Numbered from the stretch's first letter, positions 17,695-25,488 are shown. The stretch: DNA of 25,488 bases from a virus (IMGVR_UViG_3300048847_000003:1-25488); one strand, 5' to 3'. The notes: a model not told the origin generated them from the sequence alone. Made by a program: numbers and translations.

Positions 17695-18141
17695 ATGGCG
17701 GACACGAGGACAAAAGAGCAGCGCCGGCGCATTATGCAGGCTGTAAAGGGTAAAGATACTGGTCCTGAATGGACTGTGAGACGCCTTCTTCACAGCCTTG
17801 GATACCGTTATCGGCTCCATCCTCGCGAGTTACCTGGTAAGCCCGACATTGTTTTTTCTCGCCGTAAGAAAGCGATCTTCGTTCATGGTTGTTTTTGGCA
17901 TAGTCATGGGTGCTCCATTGGACAGCCTCCTAAATCCCGTTTGGACTATTGGCTACCAAAACTCCATGCCAATAAAGCTCGGGACCAGCATAAGGCCGCT
18001 CAACTCGCTGCTATGGGGTGGTCGGTCCTCACCGTTTGGCAATGCGAAACCAAGGATCAGGAAGCGCTGCAGGAGAAGTTGGTAACCTTTGTGGATGGGT
18101 CGGAAAAAAAATCGATCGACATAGAGGATCAGATCCGCTAA
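17695..18141 (+). CDS. vsr: Very short patch repair endonuclease
   Basis: MAD..T.EQR..IM.AVK.KDTGPE, LPGKPDIVF, FVHGCFWH.H, VWQCE. Confidence 0.95.
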   Translation: MADTRTKEQRRRIMQAVKGKDTGPEWTVRRLLHSLGYRYRLHPRELPGKPDIVFSRRKKAIFVHGCFWHSHGCSIGQPPKSRLDYWLPKLHANKARDQHKAAQLAAMGWSVLTVWQCETKDQEALQEKLVTFVDGSEKKSIDIEDQIR

Positions 18142-18179
18142 GTTCACCCTAGATATTGCTTTAAGGGTTGGGGAGCGGG

Positions 18180-19514
18180 ATGAGGCCTATTGGGATTGAC
18201 CTGTTCGCAGGTGCAGGGGGGCTCAGCTTGGGGTTCGAACAAGCTGGCTTCGATGTAGCCGCAGCCGTCGAGATAGATCCAGTTCATTGTGCCGTTCATA
18301 AGTTCAATTTCCCTAAAACTGCTGTTATTTCTCGATCAGTGGAAGGCCTAAGCGCATTCGAAATTCGAAGCGCAGCCGGGATTGGGAATAGGACTGTCGA
18401 CTGCGTGTTTGGCGGGGCTCCGTGCCAAGGTTTCTCTCTGATTGGCCACCGTGTCCTCGATGATCCACGCAATCGGTTAGTGCTGGACTTCGTACGCCTG
18501 GTTGCCGAATTAGACGCACGAACCTTCGTGTTTGAGAACGTCAAAGGGCTAACTGTCGGTCGCCACAGAGCGTTTCTCGACGAGCTGGTGACAGCTTTCG
18601 ATCAAGCTGGATATACAGTGCGTCTGCCTTGGAAAGTGCTGGATGCTGCACATTACGGTGCCCCTCAACACCGTGAACGTCTGATACTGTTCGGAGCCAA
18701 GAAGGGGGAGCCTATCCCCGGTTATCCTACGCCGACTTCAAATGCGGCCGATGCTAAAAAGCTCCTTCCGAACTTGTCTACAGGACCGACGTGCAAGGAG
18801 GCGATTGGCGATCTCCCCGACGCCGATCAGTTTCATTCGCTGCTGGAGAGTGACGCCGTTCAAACGACTTCTTTCGGAGAGCCTAGTGCCTATGCGGCCG
18901 AGCTGCGCTGTCTAACCAACAATGGATGGCATTTCGGGCATGTTCGTAGCTGGAACTCTGGATTTCTCACATCAAGCGCCCGCACTATTCATACTGACAT
19001 TTCTCGTCGTCGCTTCTCAGAAACGAAGCCCGGTACGACGGAGCCGATAAGCAGGTTTTATAAGTTGCATCCAGAAGGACTTTGCAACACCTTGCGAGCC
19101 GGTACGGATGGAGCGCGTGGAGCCTTTACTAGCCCACGTCCAATCCATTACGACTCTCCTCGTTGCATAACTGTTCGCGAGATGGCTCGGCTTCATGGAT
19201 TCCCTGATTGGTTTCGGTTCCATGCAACCAAATGGCATGGTGCACGGCAAATTGGGAACGCCGTTCCCCCTCCGCTGGCGCGAGCTGTAGCCGGGAAGGT
19301 GATAGAAGCAATTGGTGCGCAACCTTTAAGACCTGAAGGAGTCCTTGAACTCGGCGACTTTGCTTTGCTTTATATGGAGATGTCCGGAGCGGCTAAGCAC
19401 TTCGGTGTCAAAGCACCAAGCGGCCGACGAGATAAAAAAAGCGGCGCGAAAAAAAGAAAACAAATAGATATAGAAGAGGCTCGTCGGATAATATTAGAGG
19501 TTATTGATGCCTGA
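18180..19514 (+). CDS. DNA (cytosine-5) methyltransferase
   Basis: DLFAGAGG, GAPCQGFS, FENVKG, PQHRER, REMARLHGFPD, QIGNAVPP. Confidence 0.97.
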   Translation: MRPIGIDLFAGAGGLSLGFEQAGFDVAAAVEIDPVHCAVHKFNFPKTAVISRSVEGLSAFEIRSAAGIGNRTVDCVFGGAPCQGFSLIGHRVLDDPRNRLVLDFVRLVAELDARTFVFENVKGLTVGRHRAFLDELVTAFDQAGYTVRLPWKVLDAAHYGAPQHRERLILFGAKKGEPIPGYPTPTSNAADAKKLLPNLSTGPTCKEAIGDLPDADQFHSLLESDAVQTTSFGEPSAYAAELRCLTNNGWHFGHVRSWNSGFLTSSARTIHTDISRRRFSETKPGTTEPISRFYKLHPEGLCNTLRAGTDGARGAFTSPRPIHYDSPRCITVREMARLHGFPDWFRFHATKWHGARQIGNAVPPPLARAVAGKVIEAIGAQPLRPEGVLELGDFALLYMEMSGAAKHFGVKAPSGRRDKKSGAKKRKQIDIEEARRIILEVIDA

Positions 19515-20307
19515 AGAAAAAATTGGCAAAGAACATCTCTATAAGGTTTTGATAGAAAGGATATTCTTTCATCATTGGAAAAAAGGAGAAACTCAGTTTG
19601 AGTTTGTCCGCGATGAAATCGGACAAGTATCTGAGCAATTAGGAATTAAGTTACCTAAAAACATAGGAGACGTTCCTTATTCATTCCGCTATCGTATCGG
19701 TTTTCCGCAGACGATAATCGATACTCAGCCTGAAGGATTGGAGTGGATTATAGAAGGAGCAGGGCGCGCTCGCTATCGCTTTAAGCTGGTGCCAGCAACC
19801 CGCATAAAAACGAGCGAACATCTCGCCCGCATTGCAATTCCAGATGCTACGCCCGAGTTGATCAGAGCCTATGCGCTTGATGATGAGCAAGCTCTACTTG
19901 CGATAGTTCGGTATAACCGCTTGATAGACACTTTTCTTGGTCTTACTACTTATAGCCTTCAAAATCATCTTCGTACAACTGTTAAGGGAATAGGTCAAAT
20001 AGAAATAGATGAATTATATATTGGAATTGATAAGCATGGTTGCCACTACGCGATTCCTGTACAAGCAAAAGGCGGAAAAGACCAAATTGGTGTAGTTCAA
20101 ACAACTCAAGACATTAAATTTGTCGGGCAGAAATTCCCTGGTATGCGTTGTAGAGCAATATCGGCACAATTTTTAGTTGATGGAACTGTTGCATTGTTCG
20201 AGCTTACTCTAGAAGGAGATGAAGTTAAAGTTGTCGAAGAGAGGCATTATCAACTCGTGCCGGCTAATAAACTAGATATAACTGCAACTCGAAATTATCG
20301 ATATTAG
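19507..20307 (+). CDS. Putative type II restriction endonuclease
   Basis: Overlaps the MTase stop by 8 nt; QIEIDELY...IPVQAK nuclease-like motif; AT-rich. Confidence 0.75.
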   Translation: MPEEKIGKEHLYKVLIERIFFHHWKKGETQFEFVRDEIGQVSEQLGIKLPKNIGDVPYSFRYRIGFPQTIIDTQPEGLEWIIEGAGRARYRFKLVPATRIKTSEHLARIAIPDATPELIRAYALDDEQALLAIVRYNRLIDTFLGLTTYSLQNHLRTTVKGIGQIEIDELYIGIDKHGCHYAIPVQAKGGKDQIGVVQTTQDIKFVGQKFPGMRCRAISAQFLVDGTVALFELTLEGDEVKVVEERHYQLVPANKLDITATRNYRY

Positions 20308-20376
20308 GTTTTTAGAGATATTTATTTGTTGTACGACAAAAACATTCTTTGAAGGTTGTATGTATCTACCAGCAGA

Positions 20377-20404
20377 CCGGCGCAGAAGATACTTTATGGA
20401 AAGG
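20377..20404 (+). repeat. dif-like site 1
   Basis: CCGGCGCAGAA GATACT TTATGGAAAGG; 7/11 and 7/11 identity to the E. coli dif arms. Confidence 0.65.
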
Positions 20405-20407
20405 CCG

Positions 20408-20614
20408 CTACCAGGAGGTGCTGTCTTCTGAAATACGCAACCTGCCAGTCGGATTATCCCGCTGGGCAACAGCGGCGGCTTGGTGCATACGGCCAACAAA
20501 CCGAAATGTCTGTGCGACGTCGACGTATTTTTCTGAGGAAGACTGCCAAGCCACGCGGGCCGTGAAAATCAGTCCATTCAGATGCTCAACCAGGTCAGCG
20601 ACATGCGGGTCCAT
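20408..20614 (-). CDS. Small protein D (68 aa), divergent member of the tandem paralog family
   Basis: MDPHVADLVEHLNGL...LRISEDSTSW; tail resembles LRIGDNDNWR of paralog C; stop lies 3 nt from a dif-like arm. Confidence 0.55.
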   Translation of the reverse strand: MDPHVADLVEHLNGLIFTARVAWQSSSEKYVDVAQTFRFVGRMHQAAAVAQRDNPTGRLRISEDSTSW

Positions 20615-20693
20615 CTCCCAATCTCACAGCCATTCGGTGCCGCAGGTCAAGGTACCCGCAAGATGCAGATCAAGGCTCTCAGTCACAGCGGGG

Positions 20694-20721
20694 TCGCGGA
20701 AGATCTAACCTTATGGAAAGG
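20694..20721 (+). repeat. dif-like site 2 (degenerate XerC arm)
   Basis: TCGCGGAAGAT CTAACC TTATGGAAAGG; right arm identical to that of site 1. Confidence 0.5.
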
Positions 20722-20724
20722 ACG

Positions 20725-21003
20725 CTATCGCCAATTGTCGTTGTCGCCGATGCGCAACCCCGCTGCTCGGGCTTCGGCGACGATCCGCCGGCACAGCGCC
20801 TCGACCTCGGCCGCCTCGCACTGGAGCGCCGGATCGCCCCGCTGCCGTCGGGCGCGGGCCACAGCTTGAAGCGCCCAGCTAACAAGCTGGATAGAACGCT
20901 CCATTCGGGCGCGATCCTCCTCTGACCGGCTCAGCCGCGCCAGTTCCACCAGCGCCGCCAACCTGTCCAAGCGGGCGCGCAGGGTGCCTGGATCGTCTGC
21001 CAT
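20725..21003 (-). CDS. Small helical protein C (92 aa), tandem paralog
   Basis: MADDPGTLRARLDRLAALVELARLSRSEEDRARM... Confidence 0.7.
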   Translation of the reverse strand: MADDPGTLRARLDRLAALVELARLSRSEEDRARMERSIQLVSWALQAVARARRQRGDPALQCEAAEVEALCRRIVAEARAAGLRIGDNDNWR

Positions 21004-21294
21004 GACCCGCCAACGGGCACGGCGGGACAAGGTTTCAGACGAGCCACGCGAAAGCCGACACGGCAAAACTGGATACGTGAGAATTTATCACAACCACGAA
21101 TGAGTTGGACGTGACCTGGGTCTAGACCCTGATCTTCGCCGTAGCGCGGGACATCACCATGATCCAGAAACCTGAGACGCGGACCGATCGCTTGAACCGG
21201 CTTTGCCTTCTAGCGAGAAGGGTCGCCCCGATCCCCTTGGAGGAGCGCGCCCGCCTGGAGCGCGCAGCCCATTTCGGTAATCTGCTAAAGGGCG

Positions 21295-21322
21295 ACAGGC
21301 CATAATCAACCTTATAGAAAGG
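21295..21322 (+). repeat. dif-like site 3
   Basis: ACAGGCCATAA TCAACC TTATAGAAAGG. Confidence 0.65.
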
Positions 21323-21325
21323 CTG

Positions 21326-21580
21326 CTACTGCGGGATGTCTTCAATCATGATCTGCAACTCCACCATCAGGGCTGCCAGGTCGGCGTCGGACTGCTCCCG
21401 CCTGCGTCGCGCCCGTTCCGCCGTGTCCCGCGCCTCGACGACCGCCAGTAGCGCCCGACCAACGGCCTTGATCGTCCGGTGGATGCGGGCACGGTCTTCC
21501 GGCGCGGCGTGACGGGCCAGTTCCTTCAATTCCAGCAGCCTGTTCATCCGGGTCAGCAGGGGGTCAATATCGTCCTTCAT
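21326..21580 (-). CDS. Small helical protein B (84 aa), tandem paralog
   Basis: MKDDIDPLLTRMNRLLELKELARHAAPEDRARI... Confidence 0.75.
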   Translation of the reverse strand: MKDDIDPLLTRMNRLLELKELARHAAPEDRARIHRTIKAVGRALLAVVEARDTAERARRRREQSDADLAALMVELQIMIEDIPQ

Positions 21581-21611
21581 GAATTCCGAACAGGTAGGTA
21601 GGGGAAGGGTT

Positions 21612-21791
21612 TCACCCCTGCCGCCGTCGCCTTTCCTCCCGAACACGAATGACTTCCTCAACCGCCTCCCTGACCTGTTCATACGCGGCTATCAATCGTA
21701 TGCGCTCATCCGGTGATGCCTGCTGCGCCAGTTCTGCCAGTTCGATCAGCCGGTTCAAGCCTACCTGCACAGTGTCACGGTCCTGTTCCAT
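21612..21791 (-). CDS. Small helical protein A (59 aa), tandem paralog
   Basis: Not in the ORF track. Manual translation: MEQDRDTVQVGLNRLIELAELAQQASPDERIRLIAAYEQVREAVEEVIRVREERRRRQG*. Confidence 0.7.
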   Translation of the reverse strand: MEQDRDTVQVGLNRLIELAELAQQASPDERIRLIAAYEQVREAVEEVIRVREERRRRQG

Positions 21792-21815
21792 TCCGGTCCA
21801 ACAGGCCAGCGCCGC

Positions 21816-21843
21816 TAAACGCGTAACAACTTTTATGGGAAAC
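21816..21843 (+). repeat. dif-like site 4 (array end)
   Basis: TAAACGCGTAA CAACTT TTATGGGAAAC; 6/11 and 8/11 identity to the E. coli dif arms. Confidence 0.65.
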
Positions 21844-21930
21844 GAGGTCCAATTTGCCTTTCCTGCCTTAGCATATAATCCTGCCCGTTCTATGGCGTCT
21901 CCCCGGGCAGGAAAACCTGCCCGGCTTCTA

Positions 21931-22173
21931 TTATTCAGCCAGTCGAACCGTACGCGCGTCGGGGAACTCGATGCCGCCAGCCTCTAGTGCATCCTGAAGT
22001 CTAAACAGTGTCTCCAATTGAGCATCAGCCCCCCCATTCTCAAAGCGGCTGATCGTATTGATGCTTACTGCCGACTTTTCTGCCAAGTCTCGGATAGACC
22101 ATCCCAAAAATCCGCGTGCGGCTCTGGTCTGTTCTCTTGTGATACTCTGTCGCGCCGCCCTGCTGGTATTCAT
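21931..22173 (-). CDS. XRE/Cro-CI family HTH regulator
   Basis: QTRAARGFLGWSIRDLAEKSAVSINTISRFENG...ALEAGGIEF. Confidence 0.92.
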   Translation of the reverse strand: MNTSRAARQSITREQTRAARGFLGWSIRDLAEKSAVSINTISRFENGGADAQLETLFRLQDALEAGGIEFPDARTVRLAE

Positions 22174-22208
22174 CCTTAATTCCTCACGTGTTATGTTTAT
22201 CGACATGG

Positions 22209-22260
22209 CTGTGATTTTTTCACAGAAATCCGTTGTAATCCTCCGTAGTTATGGTATGTT
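22209..22260 (+). promoter_or_regulatory. Putative operator and sigma70-like promoter of the divergent operon
   Basis: Palindrome CTGTGA-N5-TCACAG (22209-22225), then TTGTAA-N16-TATGTT with an extended -10 TG. Confidence 0.45.
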
Positions 22261-22303
22261 TATACCAGAGTTGATGACAAACACCAACCCTACGGAGACG
22301 AAA

Positions 22304-22717
22304 ATGGCAAATCCTCTCACGACCGAGACAGCGCCGTTTCTCGGTGACACCATCTCCACCATCGGCAGCGACAACACCTTCGCTACGCTCAAGATGCGCC
22401 GCATCGAAGAGAAGTTCGAACTGCTGGTCGAACTGACCACCTACTACGCCCTTTCCGGCCATTACGAATACGAAGTCCTCGGGCGCGAGATCGCCGACGA
22501 CGAGGACGAGGCTATAGCCATCGCAACGGATCTCGAATACGACACCATCGACAAGCTGAAGATCCTCGACATCGACTACAGCAAAGACCCGCGGGGCTTC
22601 CCCGAAGCCCTCCAGGACTTTTGCGACGCGCAGCGCGCTCGCATCACCAAGGCCGCGCAGAACGCCTTCGTTGCCGCAGCGCTCACGGCATTCGCCGCGC
22701 CGCTGGCAGCCGAGTAA
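22304..22717 (+). CDS. Hypothetical acidic protein
   Basis: ATG after GGAG; strong GC bias at third codon positions. Confidence 0.8.
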   Translation: MANPLTTETAPFLGDTISTIGSDNTFATLKMRRIEEKFELLVELTTYYALSGHYEYEVLGREIADDEDEAIAIATDLEYDTIDKLKILDIDYSKDPRGFPEALQDFCDAQRARITKAAQNAFVAAALTAFAAPLAAE

Positions 22718-22722
22718 GCGAA

Positions 22723-22932
22723 ATGGGCCAGCGTGAAATCGTTATAGGCCGCACCGGGAGCGCTGTTTACACGCTTCGCGGAGCCTGGGTTTACCGCGAC
22801 ATCGGCAACAACCGGCCCTATCGCTACGACACCCTGGAAGGCTTTGCGAAGGAGTGGGACTCCGGAGCGCTCGGCATCTCCTGGCGCGACACACCAGAAG
22901 GCAAACGCCTGATCGATCGATTTACACACTGA
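22723..22932 (+). CDS. Hypothetical protein (69 aa)
   Basis: ATG 5 nt after the upstream stop; coding-like codon usage. Confidence 0.65.
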   Translation: MGQREIVIGRTGSAVYTLRGAWVYRDIGNNRPYRYDTLEGFAKEWDSGALGISWRDTPEGKRLIDRFTH

Positions 22933-22995
22933 AATCTCGGCGCCGGGGGTGCTTGCGACACTCCCCGGCTCCGCCAAGAGACGGAGTTCTATCAA

Positions 22996-23202
22996 GTGGG
23001 CACCATCAAGAACACCAATACTCATACAGTCGGTCAGGTGGCGTTGTCCATCCTCGCGGGCTGGACCGCAGCCCCCTCAGAGACGTGGGAGATCGTTCAA
23101 GGTGCGCTCGAAGACGTCGGCCTGTCCGATATCCGCCCCGCGCCGGTTCAGTCGCTCGCTTTCAAGCCGCGCCACGCCCGCCAGGGGAGCGCGATCCAAT
23201 GA
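22996..23202 (+). CDS. Hypothetical protein (68 aa)
   Basis: GTG after GGAG; ATGA overlap with the next gene. Confidence 0.55.
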   Translation: MGTIKNTNTHTVGQVALSILAGWTAAPSETWEIVQGALEDVGLSDIRPAPVQSLAFKPRHARQGSAIQ

Positions 23203-23429
23203 CCAAGCCAAAGGAGAAGCGGGCAAAGCCCGAACAGTTCAGCTTCGGCCTGATCGTCACCGATCCCCAAGCCTTCCGCATGAAGTCGCAGCAGAGGACG
23301 CGCCGTTGCCTGTCCTGCGCCCGTGATTTTGACAGCGAAGGTCCAGGCAACCGCATCTGCGGGCTTTGCAAGCAGCGCTCGACCTGGAGCAGCCCCGCCG
23401 ATTTCTCGCTTTCCACCGCAGCGTTTTGA
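23199..23429 (+). CDS. Small zinc-finger protein
   Basis: RRCLSCARDFDSEGPGNRICGLCK (two CxxC motifs). Confidence 0.75.
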   Translation: MTKPKEKRAKPEQFSFGLIVTDPQAFRMKSQQRTRRCLSCARDFDSEGPGNRICGLCKQRSTWSSPADFSLSTAAF

Positions 23430-23440
23430 GGATCATGACC

Positions 23441-23965
23441 ATGGCTTATCGTCTCACATCCGCACAGCGCTGCGTTCTGGCCGACTCCACCCGCGCCGCC
23501 ATCCTCGGCTGGCTGCTGACCGATCCCGACATGGGCCAGCAAGCCCGCCGCCTGGAGCACCAGGCCACGACCATCCTCGGCTTCGGTTTCAGCCGCTTCG
23601 CCAACCTAGCTATGAGCCAGATTGGCGCGTCCTACCGGCCGCGCAGCGTCACCCCCGGCATCCAGTTCCCGTTGAGCATTGCCGAGGCGTTCGCCCTGGC
23701 GAACGACATCGAATTGGAGATAGCGACCGACGACGAGCTGCTCTGCGCTGGCCTGATCGCGGCCTACAGCCCCTACGGCCAGCCCGAAGTCTGCTCTCGT
23801 GACTGGCGCACCCACGTCGCCGCTCTGGCCGCGCTGGGCCTCTCCGTCGACTGCCCTCCCTTGCCTGATGGCCGCTCGTGGCGCGACGTGGTTCGTGACC
23901 GCCTGGGTGCCTTCCGCCGGGCCGTTGCAGACGCCACCGCCTCCAACCTCGTTGCAGCCGAGTGA
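23441..23965 (+). CDS. Hypothetical protein
   Basis: GAGGA RBS; coding-like codon usage; start at 23435 or 23441. Confidence 0.7.
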   Translation: MAYRLTSAQRCVLADSTRAAILGWLLTDPDMGQQARRLEHQATTILGFGFSRFANLAMSQIGASYRPRSVTPGIQFPLSIAEAFALANDIELEIATDDELLCAGLIAAYSPYGQPEVCSRDWRTHVAALAALGLSVDCPPLPDGRSWRDVVRDRLGAFRRAVADATASNLVAAE

Positions 23966-23970
23966 CCCCC

Positions 23971-24354
23971 ATGACGCGCAAAAGCATCCTTGCCGCCGCC
24001 GCCCTGGTCCTCAGCGCCTGCGCCGGCACCACCCCTGCCCCGCACTTGTCCGAAACCATGAACGACGCCGACCGCGACCGTCTCTCAGCCGCGCACTGGT
24101 ACGCCTTCCACGGCACCCTCGCCCAGCAGTCGGTCTGGTCGAACGTCGCCACGGGCCTTGGCGGCACTGTCCGCGCACTGCGGGAGTTCCGTAACCCGGC
24201 CACAGGCCAGCCCTGCCGAAAGGTCGTGGAGGACACCCGCTCGGCCGAAGGTGGCCGCGATATCCGCATCGGAACCGCCTGTCAGAAGATCGATGGCGAT
24301 CTGGTCGTGATCTACTCCGACCGCACTGAAACCGATCTGGTCGATGGGGAGTAA
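23971..24354 (+). CDS. Lipoprotein with a 17-kDa surface-antigen-like domain
   Basis: Lipobox LSAC; WSN..TG..GTV, GQPCR, GTACQ..DG; alternative start GTG 23962. Confidence 0.8.
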   Translation: MTRKSILAAAALVLSACAGTTPAPHLSETMNDADRDRLSAAHWYAFHGTLAQQSVWSNVATGLGGTVRALREFRNPATGQPCRKVVEDTRSAEGGRDIRIGTACQKIDGDLVVIYSDRTETDLVDGE

Positions 24355-24358
24355 TGCG

Positions 24359-24460
24359 ATGAAACTCCCCACTGATCTACGCGGGCAAGCAATCTACGCG
24401 CTCTGCGCCCTGGACGCCTTCCTCACACTCTCCCTTATCCTTCTGGTCGGAGTTTCCTGA
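24359..24460 (+). CDS. Small membrane peptide (33 aa)
   Basis: GGGGAG RBS; MKLPTDLRGQAIYALCALDAFLTLSLILLVGVS*. Confidence 0.5.
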   Translation: MKLPTDLRGQAIYALCALDAFLTLSLILLVGVS

Positions 24461-24670
24461 CATGGCCCATAAGTTGGCAGCATCTCTTGCGGTCCTTTCT
24501 GGAGCAAAAATTCGCCACGAGAGACTTTGATGCCAATCAGATAACGTACTGGTTCAAATCTGGCAATGGGCGCATGGCTCGTCTAAGTCAATGCGAGTTC
24601 CAGCACCTTAGCGATATGCGATCAGTACTTCATGCGCTAGAGTAGATCGATAAGGCGTAGCGATAATAAC

Positions 24671-24701
24671 AAGGACCGGCGAGCAATGCGCGCCGGTCCT
24701 T
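24671..24701. repeat. Strong hairpin upstream of the HNH gene
   Basis: AAGGACCGGCG-N9-CGCCGGTCCTT; perfect 11-bp arms. Confidence 0.6.
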
Positions 24702-24721
24702 CTTCGTATGGAGTGAATGAC

Positions 24722-25264
24722 ATGAAGAAATCAGCCAAAGAGAAGACTTGCATTGAATGTGGCCGTATTTTCACCGGGCGTCCTCATAGCAAGGTATGCT
24801 CCAATTACTGTGCATTCTGGGCATTGTTTGACAAGAGTGGCGGTCCGGATGCCTGCTGGTTATGGATAGGCGGTATCGATAAAAAGACGGGCTACGGCGT
24901 CGTTGCCAGTTACTTGGGTGGAGGGAAAAGAACGAAAGCCCATAGGAGGGCTTGGAGCCTTCATAATATTTGCGATCCAGATCAACTAAATGTCCTCCAC
25001 CGGTGCGATGTTCGGCGTTGCGGAAATCCTGCTCATCTTTTCCTTGGAACGCAACGCACCAACATTCTTGATGCGTGGATGAAGAAGCGGCCGATTGCGA
25101 CCGCACCCGGCGTAGATCATCCACTCGCAAAGCTCAATGATGATGCTGTCAGAGAAATTCGATCAACTGTTGAAAATACGAGCGTCCTTGCGGCCAAGTA
25201 CGGTGTAAACAAGGCGACTATTCGAAGGGTCCTGCGCGGACAAACATGGCGGCATGTAGCTTAG
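24722..25264 (+). CDS. HNH endonuclease with an N-terminal Zn motif and a C-terminal HTH
   Basis: CIECG...CSNYC, CWLWIG, AHRRAW, VLHRCDVRRCGNPAHLFLGTQRTN, LAAKYGVNKATIRRV. Confidence 0.92.
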   Translation: MKKSAKEKTCIECGRIFTGRPHSKVCSNYCAFWALFDKSGGPDACWLWIGGIDKKTGYGVVASYLGGGKRTKAHRRAWSLHNICDPDQLNVLHRCDVRRCGNPAHLFLGTQRTNILDAWMKKRPIATAPGVDHPLAKLNDDAVREIRSTVENTSVLAAKYGVNKATIRRVLRGQTWRHVA

Positions 25265-25377
25265 TTCCGGGCAAAACCGTCTCTTTCGATACTGTCTGAT
25301 CGAGTCGATACGCTCGGCGCACTTTTCTTATAGTGTGCTTGTTACTTAGCACCCTACTTCTGATACGGAAAAACTTA

Positions 25378-25488
25378 ATGGCGACCTACAACGGAACCTC
25401 CGTCCGCAACGTCTGGAACGGCACCGCATCGGCTGACACCGCCCACGGCAACGGCGGCGACGATAGCCTCTATGGCAAGGGCGGTAAC
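25378..25488 (+). CDS. RTX/hemolysin-type Ca-binding repeat protein, 5' end only
   Basis: MATYNGTSVRNVWNGTASADTAHGNGGDDSLYGKGGN... with GGxDxLxG nonapeptides. Confidence 0.75.
   Translation, partial: MATYNGTSVRNVWNGTASADTAHGNGGDDSLYGKGGN

Noticed and set aside
21154-21345. 63-aa minus-strand ORF as a fifth paralog
   Set aside because: Lacks the shared RLxxLxELA core, is low-complexity and overlaps a dif-like site
21730-21756. GTTC repeats as an alphaproteobacterial LexA box
   Set aside because: Spacings are 5 and 9 rather than 7, and the repeats lie inside a coding region
20377-21843. Repeats as a CRISPR array or attC sites
   Set aside because: Spacing is 235-600 bp with genes in between, there are no cas genes, and no attC-type RYYYAAC...GTTRRRY hairpins
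22209-22225. CRP-type binding site
   Set aside because: The spacer is 5 bp, not the 6 bp of TGTGA-N6-TCACA; kept only as a generic operator
24548-24565. GGTTCAAATC as a tRNA fragment
   Set aside because: The T-stem pairs poorly and no other tRNA arms are present

Overview
This is a GC-rich accessory region, probably alphaproteobacterial (inferred), that looks like part of a mosaic mobile element. From left to right: (1) 1-5048 (-), a P-type conjugation operon: short VirD2/RlxS-like relaxase, RHH-like protein, TraG/VirD4, TrbB, TrbC, TrbD and the start of TrbE, with a candidate oriT upstream. (2) Small hypotheticals and a serine resolvase preceded by a 40-bp palindrome. (3) A phage-satellite-like replication block: AlpA-like double HTH, wHTH and a 1205-aa Toprim primase-helicase fusion. 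(4) An incomplete phage head operon: frameshifted HTH gene, scaffold, portal and Mu F/SPP1 gp7-like protein, with no major capsid or terminase gene in the window. (5) An AT-richer defence block: nuclease-like ORF, Vsr, C5 methyltransferase and putative restriction endonuclease. (6) The most unusual feature, at 20377-21843: four small paralogous helical genes separated by directly oriented 28-bp dif-like (11-6-11) sites, each stop codon lying exactly 3 nt from the XerD-like arm, which suggests a Xer-built cassette array. (7) An XRE regulator with a divergent operon of small genes, an HNH endonuclease and the start of an RTX-repeat protein. All calls come from reading motifs by eye; no searches were run.
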